Of a DNA stretch of 64,000 nucleotides, positions 48,148-56,329 are shown piece after piece. Both the position numbers and the translations under genes were made by a program. The notes under the pieces are model-generated. The model was not told the origin of the DNA, did no database searches, and saw only the letters and a list, made by a program, of their open reading frames with translations. The stretch covers positions 43,061 through 107,060 of IMG/VR virus record IMGVR_UViG_3300025687_000026; one strand, given 5' to 3'. Within the stretch, counting starts at the first letter, position 1. Each line of letters starts with the position of its first letter. The stretch is from a virus.

Positions 48148-49056
48148 CTATTTAACGCCCACCATCTTCACGACGGTCGGCTTACCGCCAACACCTTGCT
48201 TCTTGGCTCGCTTGGCCTCGGGACTGACTGGTCGCTTGAGTAGTCGCCAAGAGAGGTCCATTGGTTCACCTGTCTGTATGGTGTTAAACCACAATTGTTT
48301 CGCTTTTGCCCTATCTTCAGCGGGAACATTAGGGTGTTGGCTCACACGATACAATGCTTGATTGAAAGGAGTTGTTCTTTCTAAATCATAAGGTTCTCGT
48401 CGCCTTTCTGATTTACCTTCTTCTGCCAATCTTTGTGAATACACTTCTTCACCCAAAAATGCAGGGAACTCCGCATGGACGATATTGCTATGACCTACTT
48501 CGGGTAATGTTGCTGTGTGCATATCTTCATGTATTACATCACGGATGAAGTTTTCGGGTTCGTTATGCCTACCATGTTTGGTCGGCATGAGTCTTACTGA
48601 TGAATCTAAAACTTCATTCGTTTCGGGGTCATACACAGTTCTGCCAATTTGAGGATGGTCTTCATCCGGTGATGCGATACGAGTCTTGAGCAACCGCATA
48701 GCGATGTCCATTGGTTCGCCCGTCACGATGCGGTCATCGGTGATGTCGTATTGGTAGTCGGCCTTGACAATCGTCGGTTTACCGCCGACACCCTGCTTCT
48801 TGGCTCGCTTACGCTTAGTCGCCGCACGCTTTTGCCCTTCGCTCATGGAGCCACTGGTCTTTGGTGTCTTGTCGCTGACCTTGACGGATGGGCGACACTT
48901 CGGGTAGCCCTTGCTTGAAGTGTTGGCTTTGGAACGACCGCATGGCGGATGCTTGCCGTCTTTGTCCTTGCGTGAAACATCCACCCACTTTTCCTTGAAC
49001 CAACGGTTCAAATCCTTGATGACAAGGACATCGTGACAAGTGCAGCGGTCGGTCAC
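48148..49056 (-). CDS. Modular protein: basic phage domain (RWFKEKWVD...PCGR...YPKCRP) plus inserted HExxH-containing module
   Basis: Internal duplications GEPMDxxxRLLK (x2) and KRAKKQGVGGKPTxVK (x2); VIHEDMH motif. Confidence 0.7.
   Translation of the reverse strand: MTDRCTCHDVLVIKDLNRWFKEKWVDVSRKDKDGKHPPCGRSKANTSSKGYPKCRPSVKVSDKTPKTSGSMSEGQKRAATKRKRAKKQGVGGKPTIVKADYQYDITDDRIVTGEPMDIAMRLLKTRIASPDEDHPQIGRTVYDPETNEVLDSSVRLMPTKHGRHNEPENFIRDVIHEDMHTATLPEVGHSNIVHAEFPAFLGEEVYSQRLAEEGKSERRREPYDLERTTPFNQALYRVSQHPNVPAEDRAKAKQLWFNTIQTGEPMDLSWRLLKRPVSPEAKRAKKQGVGGKPTVVKMVGVK
48176..48810. repeat. Nested imperfect direct repeats: 38 bp (48176-48213 / 48773-48810, 35/38) and 19 bp (48256-48274 / 48706-48724, 17/19)
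   Basis: gtcgg(c/t)ttaccgcc(a/g)acacc(t/c)tgcttcttggctcgctt and gtccattggttc(a/g)cc(t/c)gtc; spacings 597 and 450 nt, both multiples of 3. Confidence 0.85.
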
Positions 49057-49655
49057 GCAGTCACCCCTACCATTTGAGTGTTAGATGCGCCCATCATAGA
49101 AGAAGGGTCCATTGTCGCCTGACGCACTGATATTGGGGTGTTCATATAATTTTCAAGTCTCGCACCGAGACGACCCATTTTACCAGTAGGGCGAGAGTCT
49201 TCCTGTCCTCCTCTGATACGACTTTCTACAGGCTCAAATGCAAAGGCTTCAGGCATTTGACGCATCCTTCCCTGAAGTGTGCGTAGCGTATTCATCAACA
49301 AAGGACGGTCTGTAGGTCCACCGCGACCCGCTGCCATGTAACGCTCAGGTAAAGCATAACCATCGGGAGTTTTGAACTGACCCGTAAAAGACTCAGCCTC
49401 TTGAGCGGTCATAGGAAAGGGTAGACTACCGTCTTGATACGAACGAGGGTCGGTGACCACTTCTGAAGTAGGCTGAGTGAATTGACCAGTAAGATAAGGA
49501 GTCATCATATCTCCAAGAGTAGAATTGGGGTTATTTTGAAGGAATTGTGAAATTGCATCGTAGTTCATCTCAGTAGGGAGGTGCTGATACCCGATTACAC
49601 TACGAGCGCTCACATCCCCTTTCAATAAAAGCCACGCAAAATCAAACGGGTTCAC
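49053..49655 (-). CDS. Hypothetical protein (200 aa) starting with the FDFAWLLLK motif
   Basis: Coupled by overlaps at both ends; AT-richer than the flanks. Confidence 0.65.
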   Translation of the reverse strand: MNPFDFAWLLLKGDVSARSVIGYQHLPTEMNYDAISQFLQNNPNSTLGDMMTPYLTGQFTQPTSEVVTDPRSYQDGSLPFPMTAQEAESFTGQFKTPDGYALPERYMAAGRGGPTDRPLLMNTLRTLQGRMRQMPEAFAFEPVESRIRGGQEDSRPTGKMGRLGARLENYMNTPISVRQATMDPSSMMGASNTQMVGVTA

Positions 49656-49813
49656 TTCTTCTTCCCCCTGAACTTACCCTTGCAGTATTGCACGGCCCAT
49701 CCGTTGGCGTAGGCTGACGGGTAGACCTTGAACTTCCTCTTGGCCGCTGCCTTGCCTTCAGGACACAACTTCTTGCGAAGGTCGTCAAAAGCAATGTCAA
49801 AGGCTGAGGACAT
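49652..49813 (-). CDS. Small basic protein (53 aa; absent from ORF track)
   Basis: MSSAFDIAFDDLRKKLCPEGKAAAKRKFKVYPSAYANGWAVQYCKGKFRGKKK; GGTGA RBS; stop overlaps the next GTG. Confidence 0.75.
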   Translation of the reverse strand: MSSAFDIAFDDLRKKLCPEGKAAAKRKFKVYPSAYANGWAVQYCKGKFRGKKK

Positions 49814-49819
49814 GCGATT

Positions 49820-51253
49820 TCACCACTTTACTTTATCAGCCCAGTATGCAGCACTCAATTTTCCACGGTTGATGTTTTTGGCGTGACGGGCCTTGAACGA
49901 CTCACGACGCTTGCGGTATGAGGAAGACTCGCCCTGTTTCTTAGGAGAGCCTGAAACACCTTGCTGACCGAAGCGAATAGTTTTGACCTTCCCACCTTCC
50001 CGAGCCACGACAACATGGCTCTTTTTCGGATGCTTGGGCGTTCGCTTGGGTTTGTTGAATCCACTCACACCGGCACGAGCGAGACGAGGGTCACGCTTTT
50101 GCGCTTTCAAAACCACCCATGCGAGGTCAGCCGGTGAAGGATAAGCCCGCTGCACCATGTCTTGGTCAGCAAAGAACTGAGTCGGGTCTTCCTCTCGTAG
50201 TGCTGCAAGTTGCGCTTCTCCCTCAGCACCCATAGAGTCAGCACGATTCTTCTGTCGCTGTATTTGCGACATAAGTCGCATGAACTCACGACGCTGGGCG
50301 GGGTCGTAGAAGTTTGGATTCAGACGCATGTCTTGATAATCAGCACCGGCTTTACCCTCACCATAAAGGAAGCGAGCAAAGGCTTCTTGGTCTTCCTCTT
50401 CAGGGTCGAGGGCTTGAGCAGCCTGCATACCGAGACGACTGATGGTTGACTCAGCAAGGGCTGGACCTCGCTCCATTTGTGAAGCAACATCGCTGAAACG
50501 ACGAGCCTGTCCCTTCTCACCGGCTTCACGCAAGCGTTGTGCTTCTTCCATGAGTTCAGCCGGAGTGGCTTTTGATATGAAGGCGGGAGTAAGGGAGGTT
50601 CCCATTCGTTCTTGAGCGAGGGTGGGTGGTGGTAATCCTGCAGGGTTGCTTTCAGTAGGATGAATCAATCCCTGCTCTTTCATCTCTTTCAGTTTCTGCC
50701 GTGTTCTTTCACGAAAAGCCTCTACATCTGCAGGACTTGAGGAAGCAGGAGGTTCTACATGAAAACCAGCGTAGGGGTCGGTTGCGTCAAAACTGGCTCG
50801 CTTCATACTGTCGAAGATGTTGGCGTAGAGGTCTTCTTCTTCTGTTTGAGGCTTCTTTCTGTCCTCTTCTTCTTGTAGACGCTGCATCAACGGCTTGCCG
50901 CTCTCAAAAGCCTCAGCCTCTTCTTTACTTCCTCGTCGCCCACTGTGACCGATTGAAACATCATCAGCGAGTTTTGGGGCTTCTTCTTCAGGTTCAGCGT
51001 TGGGGTCGTCGAGGTCACCTTGTTGGTAACGAACTTGATTCCTAACTTGTCGCCCAGCGCCCATGCGAGCGTTTGCATTTGACAAAACTTTTCCGCGTCT
51101 TGAGAGTTCGCTGCTAAGTTGGTCCATCTTTTCTTGCTTGTCCGGGTCAGCAGCGTTTGCAGGATTCTTGTCTGAGGGTTTCCCTACAGAGATAACGAGG
51201 ACCATGCCCTTGCCTTTCTTTCCAACTTTTTCTTCCTTCATGGTATCATCCAT
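49820..51253 (-). CDS. Modular low-complexity protein (477 aa) with basic C-terminal phage domain
   Basis: DLAWVVLK precedes the basic domain NKPKRTP...IRFGQQG...RRESFKARH...SAAYWADKVKW. Confidence 0.7.
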   Translation of the reverse strand: MDDTMKEEKVGKKGKGMVLVISVGKPSDKNPANAADPDKQEKMDQLSSELSRRGKVLSNANARMGAGRQVRNQVRYQQGDLDDPNAEPEEEAPKLADDVSIGHSGRRGSKEEAEAFESGKPLMQRLQEEEDRKKPQTEEEDLYANIFDSMKRASFDATDPYAGFHVEPPASSSPADVEAFRERTRQKLKEMKEQGLIHPTESNPAGLPPPTLAQERMGTSLTPAFISKATPAELMEEAQRLREAGEKGQARRFSDVASQMERGPALAESTISRLGMQAAQALDPEEEDQEAFARFLYGEGKAGADYQDMRLNPNFYDPAQRREFMRLMSQIQRQKNRADSMGAEGEAQLAALREEDPTQFFADQDMVQRAYPSPADLAWVVLKAQKRDPRLARAGVSGFNKPKRTPKHPKKSHVVVAREGGKVKTIRFGQQGVSGSPKKQGESSSYRKRRESFKARHAKNINRGKLSAAYWADKVKW

Positions 51254-52722
51254 CCATCATTTTTTCTTGGTTCGCCCGTGAGCCAATCATCGAATCCGGG
51301 CATGTAATCATCAAGCATCACTACGCTTCCTCGGAACTCTTTGGTCGCCCAGTTGGCGAGAGCGAGGGACATGGCGAGGTCATCATGCACACCTACGCTT
51401 TCGAGTCGTCCATTCTTCTGCATACCGAAGCGGGTCAATTCCTCTTCGAGTTTGTGCGTAAAACGACGAGAGCGGTCGTCACCGTAAGGCGTCTTAATTT
51501 GACCCTGTTCAAACGCCATCAAGAGTGACATAAACAAACTCTCCTTGCGGGTGCGAGTCGTCATGAAAGTGCGGATTGGAATATCTTGGCGAATATCCTG
51601 CAGTTCCATAGCGAACATACGCTGGAAGTTGTTACCTTCGAGTTCGATGAGGTCGGGCTGAAACTTGTTGTTGAGAAGGATGATGGCTCGCTTCTGTGCT
51701 GCTGACCCCATACCTTGCTCGTGCACACTGCCCACGATTTGCTTGACATCTTCGTCAGGTAGCGTGCGTAAAACTGTTATGGCTGTGTAGTCAGCGTTCT
51801 TGTCCGATGCGATGGCCGTGTCCCAACCAATGAAATGATGACCGAGCACACCGACTCGCTCACCGTTCTCATCATACTCAGCGTCAGCGACATCGAGAAG
51901 TTTGAGTTCATGGTCACGGGCCTTTTCAAGCAGCGTCATTGGGAACATACTGGCGACATCGTGAATTGGTTCACAGAGATACTCACGAGTGAACTGAATA
52001 GCAGGCATCGACATGCGCCGCTGGTCGAGTGCTTCAAGGTTCCAACGCTCAGGCCACAGAGCCACACCTTCCCTGTTGATAGCAGGGTAGGTTTCAACGA
52101 CAAATGTCTCCGTCTTCTCAAGTTGAGCATACAGGTCGTTGTAACTGAACGGTGTGCCCACCATCATCAAGCGACCCGTGTGGTGGAGAACAGGAAGCAA
52201 AACACCGTAAAACCAGTCTGCAGCACGCTGCAGTTCAGACCCAGTGGTTCCCCACAGAATGTCGTCACACAACACAACATCCGGGTGGAAACCACGAGTT
52301 CCACCACCGACTGACTTGGCCATGATACGGCTACCGTTGGTGAACTCGAAGTAGGTCTTACGCCATGGCTTACCCGAGGGAATCAAATCCTTCAAACACG
52401 GTGAGTTCTGAATGTTCTGTCGGATGAAACGCATGTGCTCAAGCGTCTGCTCCAACGAGTGAGAGAAAATCATGATGTGCGTGCCGGGATTGAAAGCAGC
52501 AATCCACAGGGCGTAGGACATGAAGAACACGGACTTACCGTGGTCACGAGATGCCTTCACGCAGTAGTAGCGGTTGTCAGCCAATCCCTTGTCCCACATG
52601 CCGTGGTGGTTAGCATAGTCGAACTCAAGCACCGTCTCAAAGAAGTATTTGAACGACCGAGCGGACATTTTCTTGTCCATCTCGATGACAAGTTCTTGCA
52701 TCTCAGCAGACTTGTCGCTCAT
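51238..52722 (-). CDS. terL: Terminase large subunit
   Basis: Walker A ASRDHGKS, Walker B VLCDD, motif VGTP, nuclease motifs IGWDTA and HDDLAMSLALA. Confidence 0.92.
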   Translation of the reverse strand: MSDKSAEMQELVIEMDKKMSARSFKYFFETVLEFDYANHHGMWDKGLADNRYYCVKASRDHGKSVFFMSYALWIAAFNPGTHIMIFSHSLEQTLEHMRFIRQNIQNSPCLKDLIPSGKPWRKTYFEFTNGSRIMAKSVGGGTRGFHPDVVLCDDILWGTTGSELQRAADWFYGVLLPVLHHTGRLMMVGTPFSYNDLYAQLEKTETFVVETYPAINREGVALWPERWNLEALDQRRMSMPAIQFTREYLCEPIHDVASMFPMTLLEKARDHELKLLDVADAEYDENGERVGVLGHHFIGWDTAIASDKNADYTAITVLRTLPDEDVKQIVGSVHEQGMGSAAQKRAIILLNNKFQPDLIELEGNNFQRMFAMELQDIRQDIPIRTFMTTRTRKESLFMSLLMAFEQGQIKTPYGDDRSRRFTHKLEEELTRFGMQKNGRLESVGVHDDLAMSLALANWATKEFRGSVVMLDDYMPGFDDWLTGEPRKNDGWMIP

Positions 52723-53993
52723 TCCTCAACCCCCATTGTCGACATGTTTTGCTTCTTCCCACTGAACTTTTCAGCAAGAGCGGCACCTGCTTCAGCAGCG
52801 TCTTTACCAGTCGTTGGCTCAGCAATTCCATCTGACGGGTCAGCAGCAGTTGATTGAGGAAACGCAGCAGCCATACCTTCCGCCGTCTTGGGGGGTATGG
52901 GGAGTTTGCTTTGCTCCGTCGATGAAGCGGTGGTTGGCGATGCCGTGACAGGTGCACCGGGTAGTTGTGTTTGATTTGGGTCATTGGGCGCTCGTGATGC
53001 TGGGTTAAATTGAGGCACGGGCTCGAAAACATCGGTGTTGTAAGCGCCTCCTCGCATGTCAAACGGTTGCCTCGCTGTGGTTGGGTTGAGGAGTCGTTCA
53101 ACACCAATCAAACGCTGCTCTGCCCCTCGTAGCGTGCCGGGCAGGTTGTATTGAAGAGCCCTTTGCAGTCGGGCTCGCTCAGCCTCAAGACCGGCTCGGT
53201 ATTCGGCGTAAGGAGGGGGAGTAGGACCTGACGGGACAGGTGCAGGTGTGGGTTGAGCCACGGTGGGCTGAGCGACGGCTACACGATTTGCACGACGGTT
53301 TTCCAAAGCCTGACGCCCTCGCTCCAAACCTTGCTGGGCTCTGCGTTGAACACCAACTGAACCAGCGCCAAGGCGTGCTCCCGCTGCACCAGCAGCGCTT
53401 TCAAGATGAGGGCGAGCAGCACTGGTGGTTGTCATCCCCCGAATAGCAGCCGAGCCAAGACCCTGTTCAAGACCTGCACCTGACGCCCCGGCCTGCTCAA
53501 GCGCAGTGACAGCCGAGAGGCCACCGAGTGCTCCGGCAAGACCAGCACCAAGCCTTCGCCCAAAGACGCCGACCTTACCTGCCCGTTGACCAGCAGTGCG
53601 AGCGTCACCTATCTGCTGTTCAGTCATCGGTCCTTGTCGTCCTCTCCTACCCCCTTCAACAACGCCAGCGAAGCCCTGATGTCCGTAGCGCTCTTGATGA
53701 CTACGAAACTCACCGGCTTTGACCTTGCGCTTCATTTCAGCAAGTTCCCGCCGCTGCTGAGCGGCGAGGTCAGGGTCTTCAAACTCAGAAGGCGAAGCAG
53801 CACCTTCCAAGTTAGGAGCGGTGAGTGCCGCATCTCGCCTTGCGACATAGACTTCTTCGGGCGTTCGCTGCGTCTGCGCTTCCAGCGGCAACCCTTTCGG
53901 AGCAGGGCCGCCAATTAGTTGCTGCTGAGTCAAGTTTCCCGCAGGGTCAGCGTAGAGTTCAAACGATTTCAGCACGAGGACTTTACTCATCAA
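52719..53993 (-). CDS. Hypothetical Gly/Ala/Pro-rich protein (424 aa), possible internal/ejection protein
   Basis: N-terminal VLVLKS; glycine-zipper-like LGAGLAGALGGLSAVTAL. Confidence 0.6.
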   Translation of the reverse strand: MMSKVLVLKSFELYADPAGNLTQQQLIGGPAPKGLPLEAQTQRTPEEVYVARRDAALTAPNLEGAASPSEFEDPDLAAQQRRELAEMKRKVKAGEFRSHQERYGHQGFAGVVEGGRRGRQGPMTEQQIGDARTAGQRAGKVGVFGRRLGAGLAGALGGLSAVTALEQAGASGAGLEQGLGSAAIRGMTTTSAARPHLESAAGAAGARLGAGSVGVQRRAQQGLERGRQALENRRANRVAVAQPTVAQPTPAPVPSGPTPPPYAEYRAGLEAERARLQRALQYNLPGTLRGAEQRLIGVERLLNPTTARQPFDMRGGAYNTDVFEPVPQFNPASRAPNDPNQTQLPGAPVTASPTTASSTEQSKLPIPPKTAEGMAAAFPQSTAADPSDGIAEPTTGKDAAEAGAALAEKFSGKKQNMSTMGVEE

Positions 53994-56329
53994 ATCCCCC
54001 CTACACTGATTTTGACAACCTTGACCACATCCGATGAGATGTTGAGGCGCTTGGCTATGCGCTCCCAGTCACCCATTTGATGGGCGATGGAGCGAATATC
54101 GACAGGTGTGAGATTGAGGTGCTTAGCAAGATGGCGGACACCGTGCTCATCAGCGATGTTAACTGGACGAGTCAAAGCGTGCTTCATGACGCGGTCACTC
54201 TTCATGGCGTCATCGCGCTGCATCTGCTCCATGGCCTTCATCAACCGGTCCGCTTCAGGCAACATGTTGTCCTGACTTTTCATGTATTCTGTAAGAAGAC
54301 GCTGCCGTGGGTCACCAAAAGTCTGCTGGAATTGTCGCTCTTGCTCAGTGAGTTCACCTGTGCCGGGCTTTGGACCAATGCCGCTCAATTCCATGAATTG
54401 ACGCAAGGTCGCTGGGTCAGCCTGACCCACACCCATACGGGCAGCCTGCTGTTCAGGCGACAATTGCCCAATTGGGATGCCCCCGGTGCGGCGAACGGCC
54501 ACAGGTGCAGGTGCTGCCACAGGTGCAGGTGCTGCCTCAGGTGCAGGTGCTGGTGCTGGCGCAGCCATCGGAGGCGTAGCGGCAGGCGGAGCCACCACTC
54601 CTTCAGTCACAGGACGACGAGGTGCAGGTTCAGGACGAGGTGCGGCTGTAGGTGCTACCGATGCTGCTCCCATGGACAAGTCAGTAAAGAGTGGGACATG
54701 CTCAGGGACGGACGGGATAAGTTCCTCAGGGTAACCCATCACCGTTCGCCCAGCAAGACCGGTCGTCGGTAGTTCATCGGGAACAGCACGACGCTCTTCA
54801 TGCCCAAACGCACGAGCCATCATGTCGGCGATACCTTCGATAGCCTGACGGCGAGCGTTGACTTGCTCTTCCTTAATACCCTCGTGACTCACGCCCAAGG
54901 CTTGAAGCGTCTGAGCATCCGGCTGGTAATCTCTCAACTGAGGAAGGGATTCATTGTGATGAGCCAACATGGCCTTGACATACATCTGAGCCATGTTCTT
55001 GTGTGTGCTCCCGTTCTTCGTCGGATGCTTTGTGCCCGACATGAACTCAGGCTCAAGTGGAATGTGCTCACCTTGAAGAGCATGCTCCATCAAATTATCA
55101 AACTGAGTTCGCTTGCCTTCTTCGTCAGGGTCGCCACCGAACGCATCCAACAAGTGACTGAAAATACGAGCACCTGAACTGGGACGCTTCTGACCACCTG
55201 ACTTAAGTCGACCGAATAAGGCCGTGAGGGCCGAAGTTGAGCCCAATTCATTCAGGAGATTTTTCAGCATCTCTTCATTGGACAAGACCGTCTTAAGAGG
55301 CTGCATCGTGTAGTTGGTCCCGCCAGCAGTTTGAGCCGTGTTGATAGGCACCTGCACATCAGGGATAATATCGGGATTTTCAGCAGCCCGCTTCAAAGCC
55401 TCCTTGATATGACCACGAGCACTGCGCATGGTTTCAGACGGTGGCGTTTTTTGCGAAGCCAACTTGTAGTGCATCAAATCAGGCATGTGGTGCGCAACCG
55501 ACCACGACTGCACTGAGTCAAATGCGGGATTAAAGTTGACACCGCCGGGAGCGTTGGTGATGTGTGAATCAGGAAGTTGTCCACCCTGACCAATGACATC
55601 TCCACCGCGACCTTTCAAACGCCGACCGGCTGGATGAAGGTCGTCGATTGAGATGTGGCCTCGTGTCGTCCACTCCATGTTAGCAATGTCGTCGAGTCCG
55701 TATTCTCGGACAATGGCCGCCAGTTGTTTCCAGTAAGGAATCGAATAGGATTCAACAAAGTGACCGACCTTTTCGTTTCGGTTCGGTCGATTGGTAAAAG
55801 TCGTAACAAAATGTCCATCAACGCTACGGTTAGGACGACGGGTCGGTTCCATGTTTGCGTTGTAAGGAGTGGCCTTGAGTTTTCGCCACTCCATGGAGTC
55901 AACATCAGGTAGATGGTGCGCTCCGCTTCGGTCCTTATGCGTGTCATTGTATTCGTTAATGGCTCGCTGTAGGAGTTCCTTAGCCAAGCGTGGGTCGTAA
56001 CCGGCTCGCTCAAGTGCCTCACCGAGATGATGCCATACACCGTCGTGCCCGTGGTGATGGTCGAAGCCGTCAGTGTGATAGGTCATCTCCCCGTGTTTGC
56101 CTCGTTGAAACTCACCCTCAAGCAATTCACCCATGCCCGCATGACCGGAAGGGTGAGGTCGAGAGTTACCGTAGTGAGCAAAAAGTGGGACATCCGGCCC
56201 TTCGGGGTCCGGGTTAATCGCTTCGGGAGGGGGGTTCGTCAAAAGATGCGGCACACCGTTGAAAAAAGCGTAGTTACCGTGCCCTTTCAGCAGAATGTCC
56301 GCTGACTTCAACACGAACACGGGCCTCAT
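53990..56329 (-). CDS. Hypothetical protein (779 aa), His-rich N-terminus, Pro/Ala linker, C-terminal HTH-like end
   Basis: N-terminal FVLKS/ILLKG motifs; WERIAKRLNISSDVVKVVK at the end. Confidence 0.65.
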   Translation of the reverse strand: MRPVFVLKSADILLKGHGNYAFFNGVPHLLTNPPPEAINPDPEGPDVPLFAHYGNSRPHPSGHAGMGELLEGEFQRGKHGEMTYHTDGFDHHHGHDGVWHHLGEALERAGYDPRLAKELLQRAINEYNDTHKDRSGAHHLPDVDSMEWRKLKATPYNANMEPTRRPNRSVDGHFVTTFTNRPNRNEKVGHFVESYSIPYWKQLAAIVREYGLDDIANMEWTTRGHISIDDLHPAGRRLKGRGGDVIGQGGQLPDSHITNAPGGVNFNPAFDSVQSWSVAHHMPDLMHYKLASQKTPPSETMRSARGHIKEALKRAAENPDIIPDVQVPINTAQTAGGTNYTMQPLKTVLSNEEMLKNLLNELGSTSALTALFGRLKSGGQKRPSSGARIFSHLLDAFGGDPDEEGKRTQFDNLMEHALQGEHIPLEPEFMSGTKHPTKNGSTHKNMAQMYVKAMLAHHNESLPQLRDYQPDAQTLQALGVSHEGIKEEQVNARRQAIEGIADMMARAFGHEERRAVPDELPTTGLAGRTVMGYPEELIPSVPEHVPLFTDLSMGAASVAPTAAPRPEPAPRRPVTEGVVAPPAATPPMAAPAPAPAPEAAPAPVAAPAPVAVRRTGGIPIGQLSPEQQAARMGVGQADPATLRQFMELSGIGPKPGTGELTEQERQFQQTFGDPRQRLLTEYMKSQDNMLPEADRLMKAMEQMQRDDAMKSDRVMKHALTRPVNIADEHGVRHLAKHLNLTPVDIRSIAHQMGDWERIAKRLNISSDVVKVVKISVGGI

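Noticed and set aside
48176-48810. Repeats as CRISPR array or diversity-generating retroelement TR/VR pair
   Set aside because: Only two copies each, long in-frame spacers, mismatches not adenine-specific, and no cas or reverse transcriptase gene in the window.
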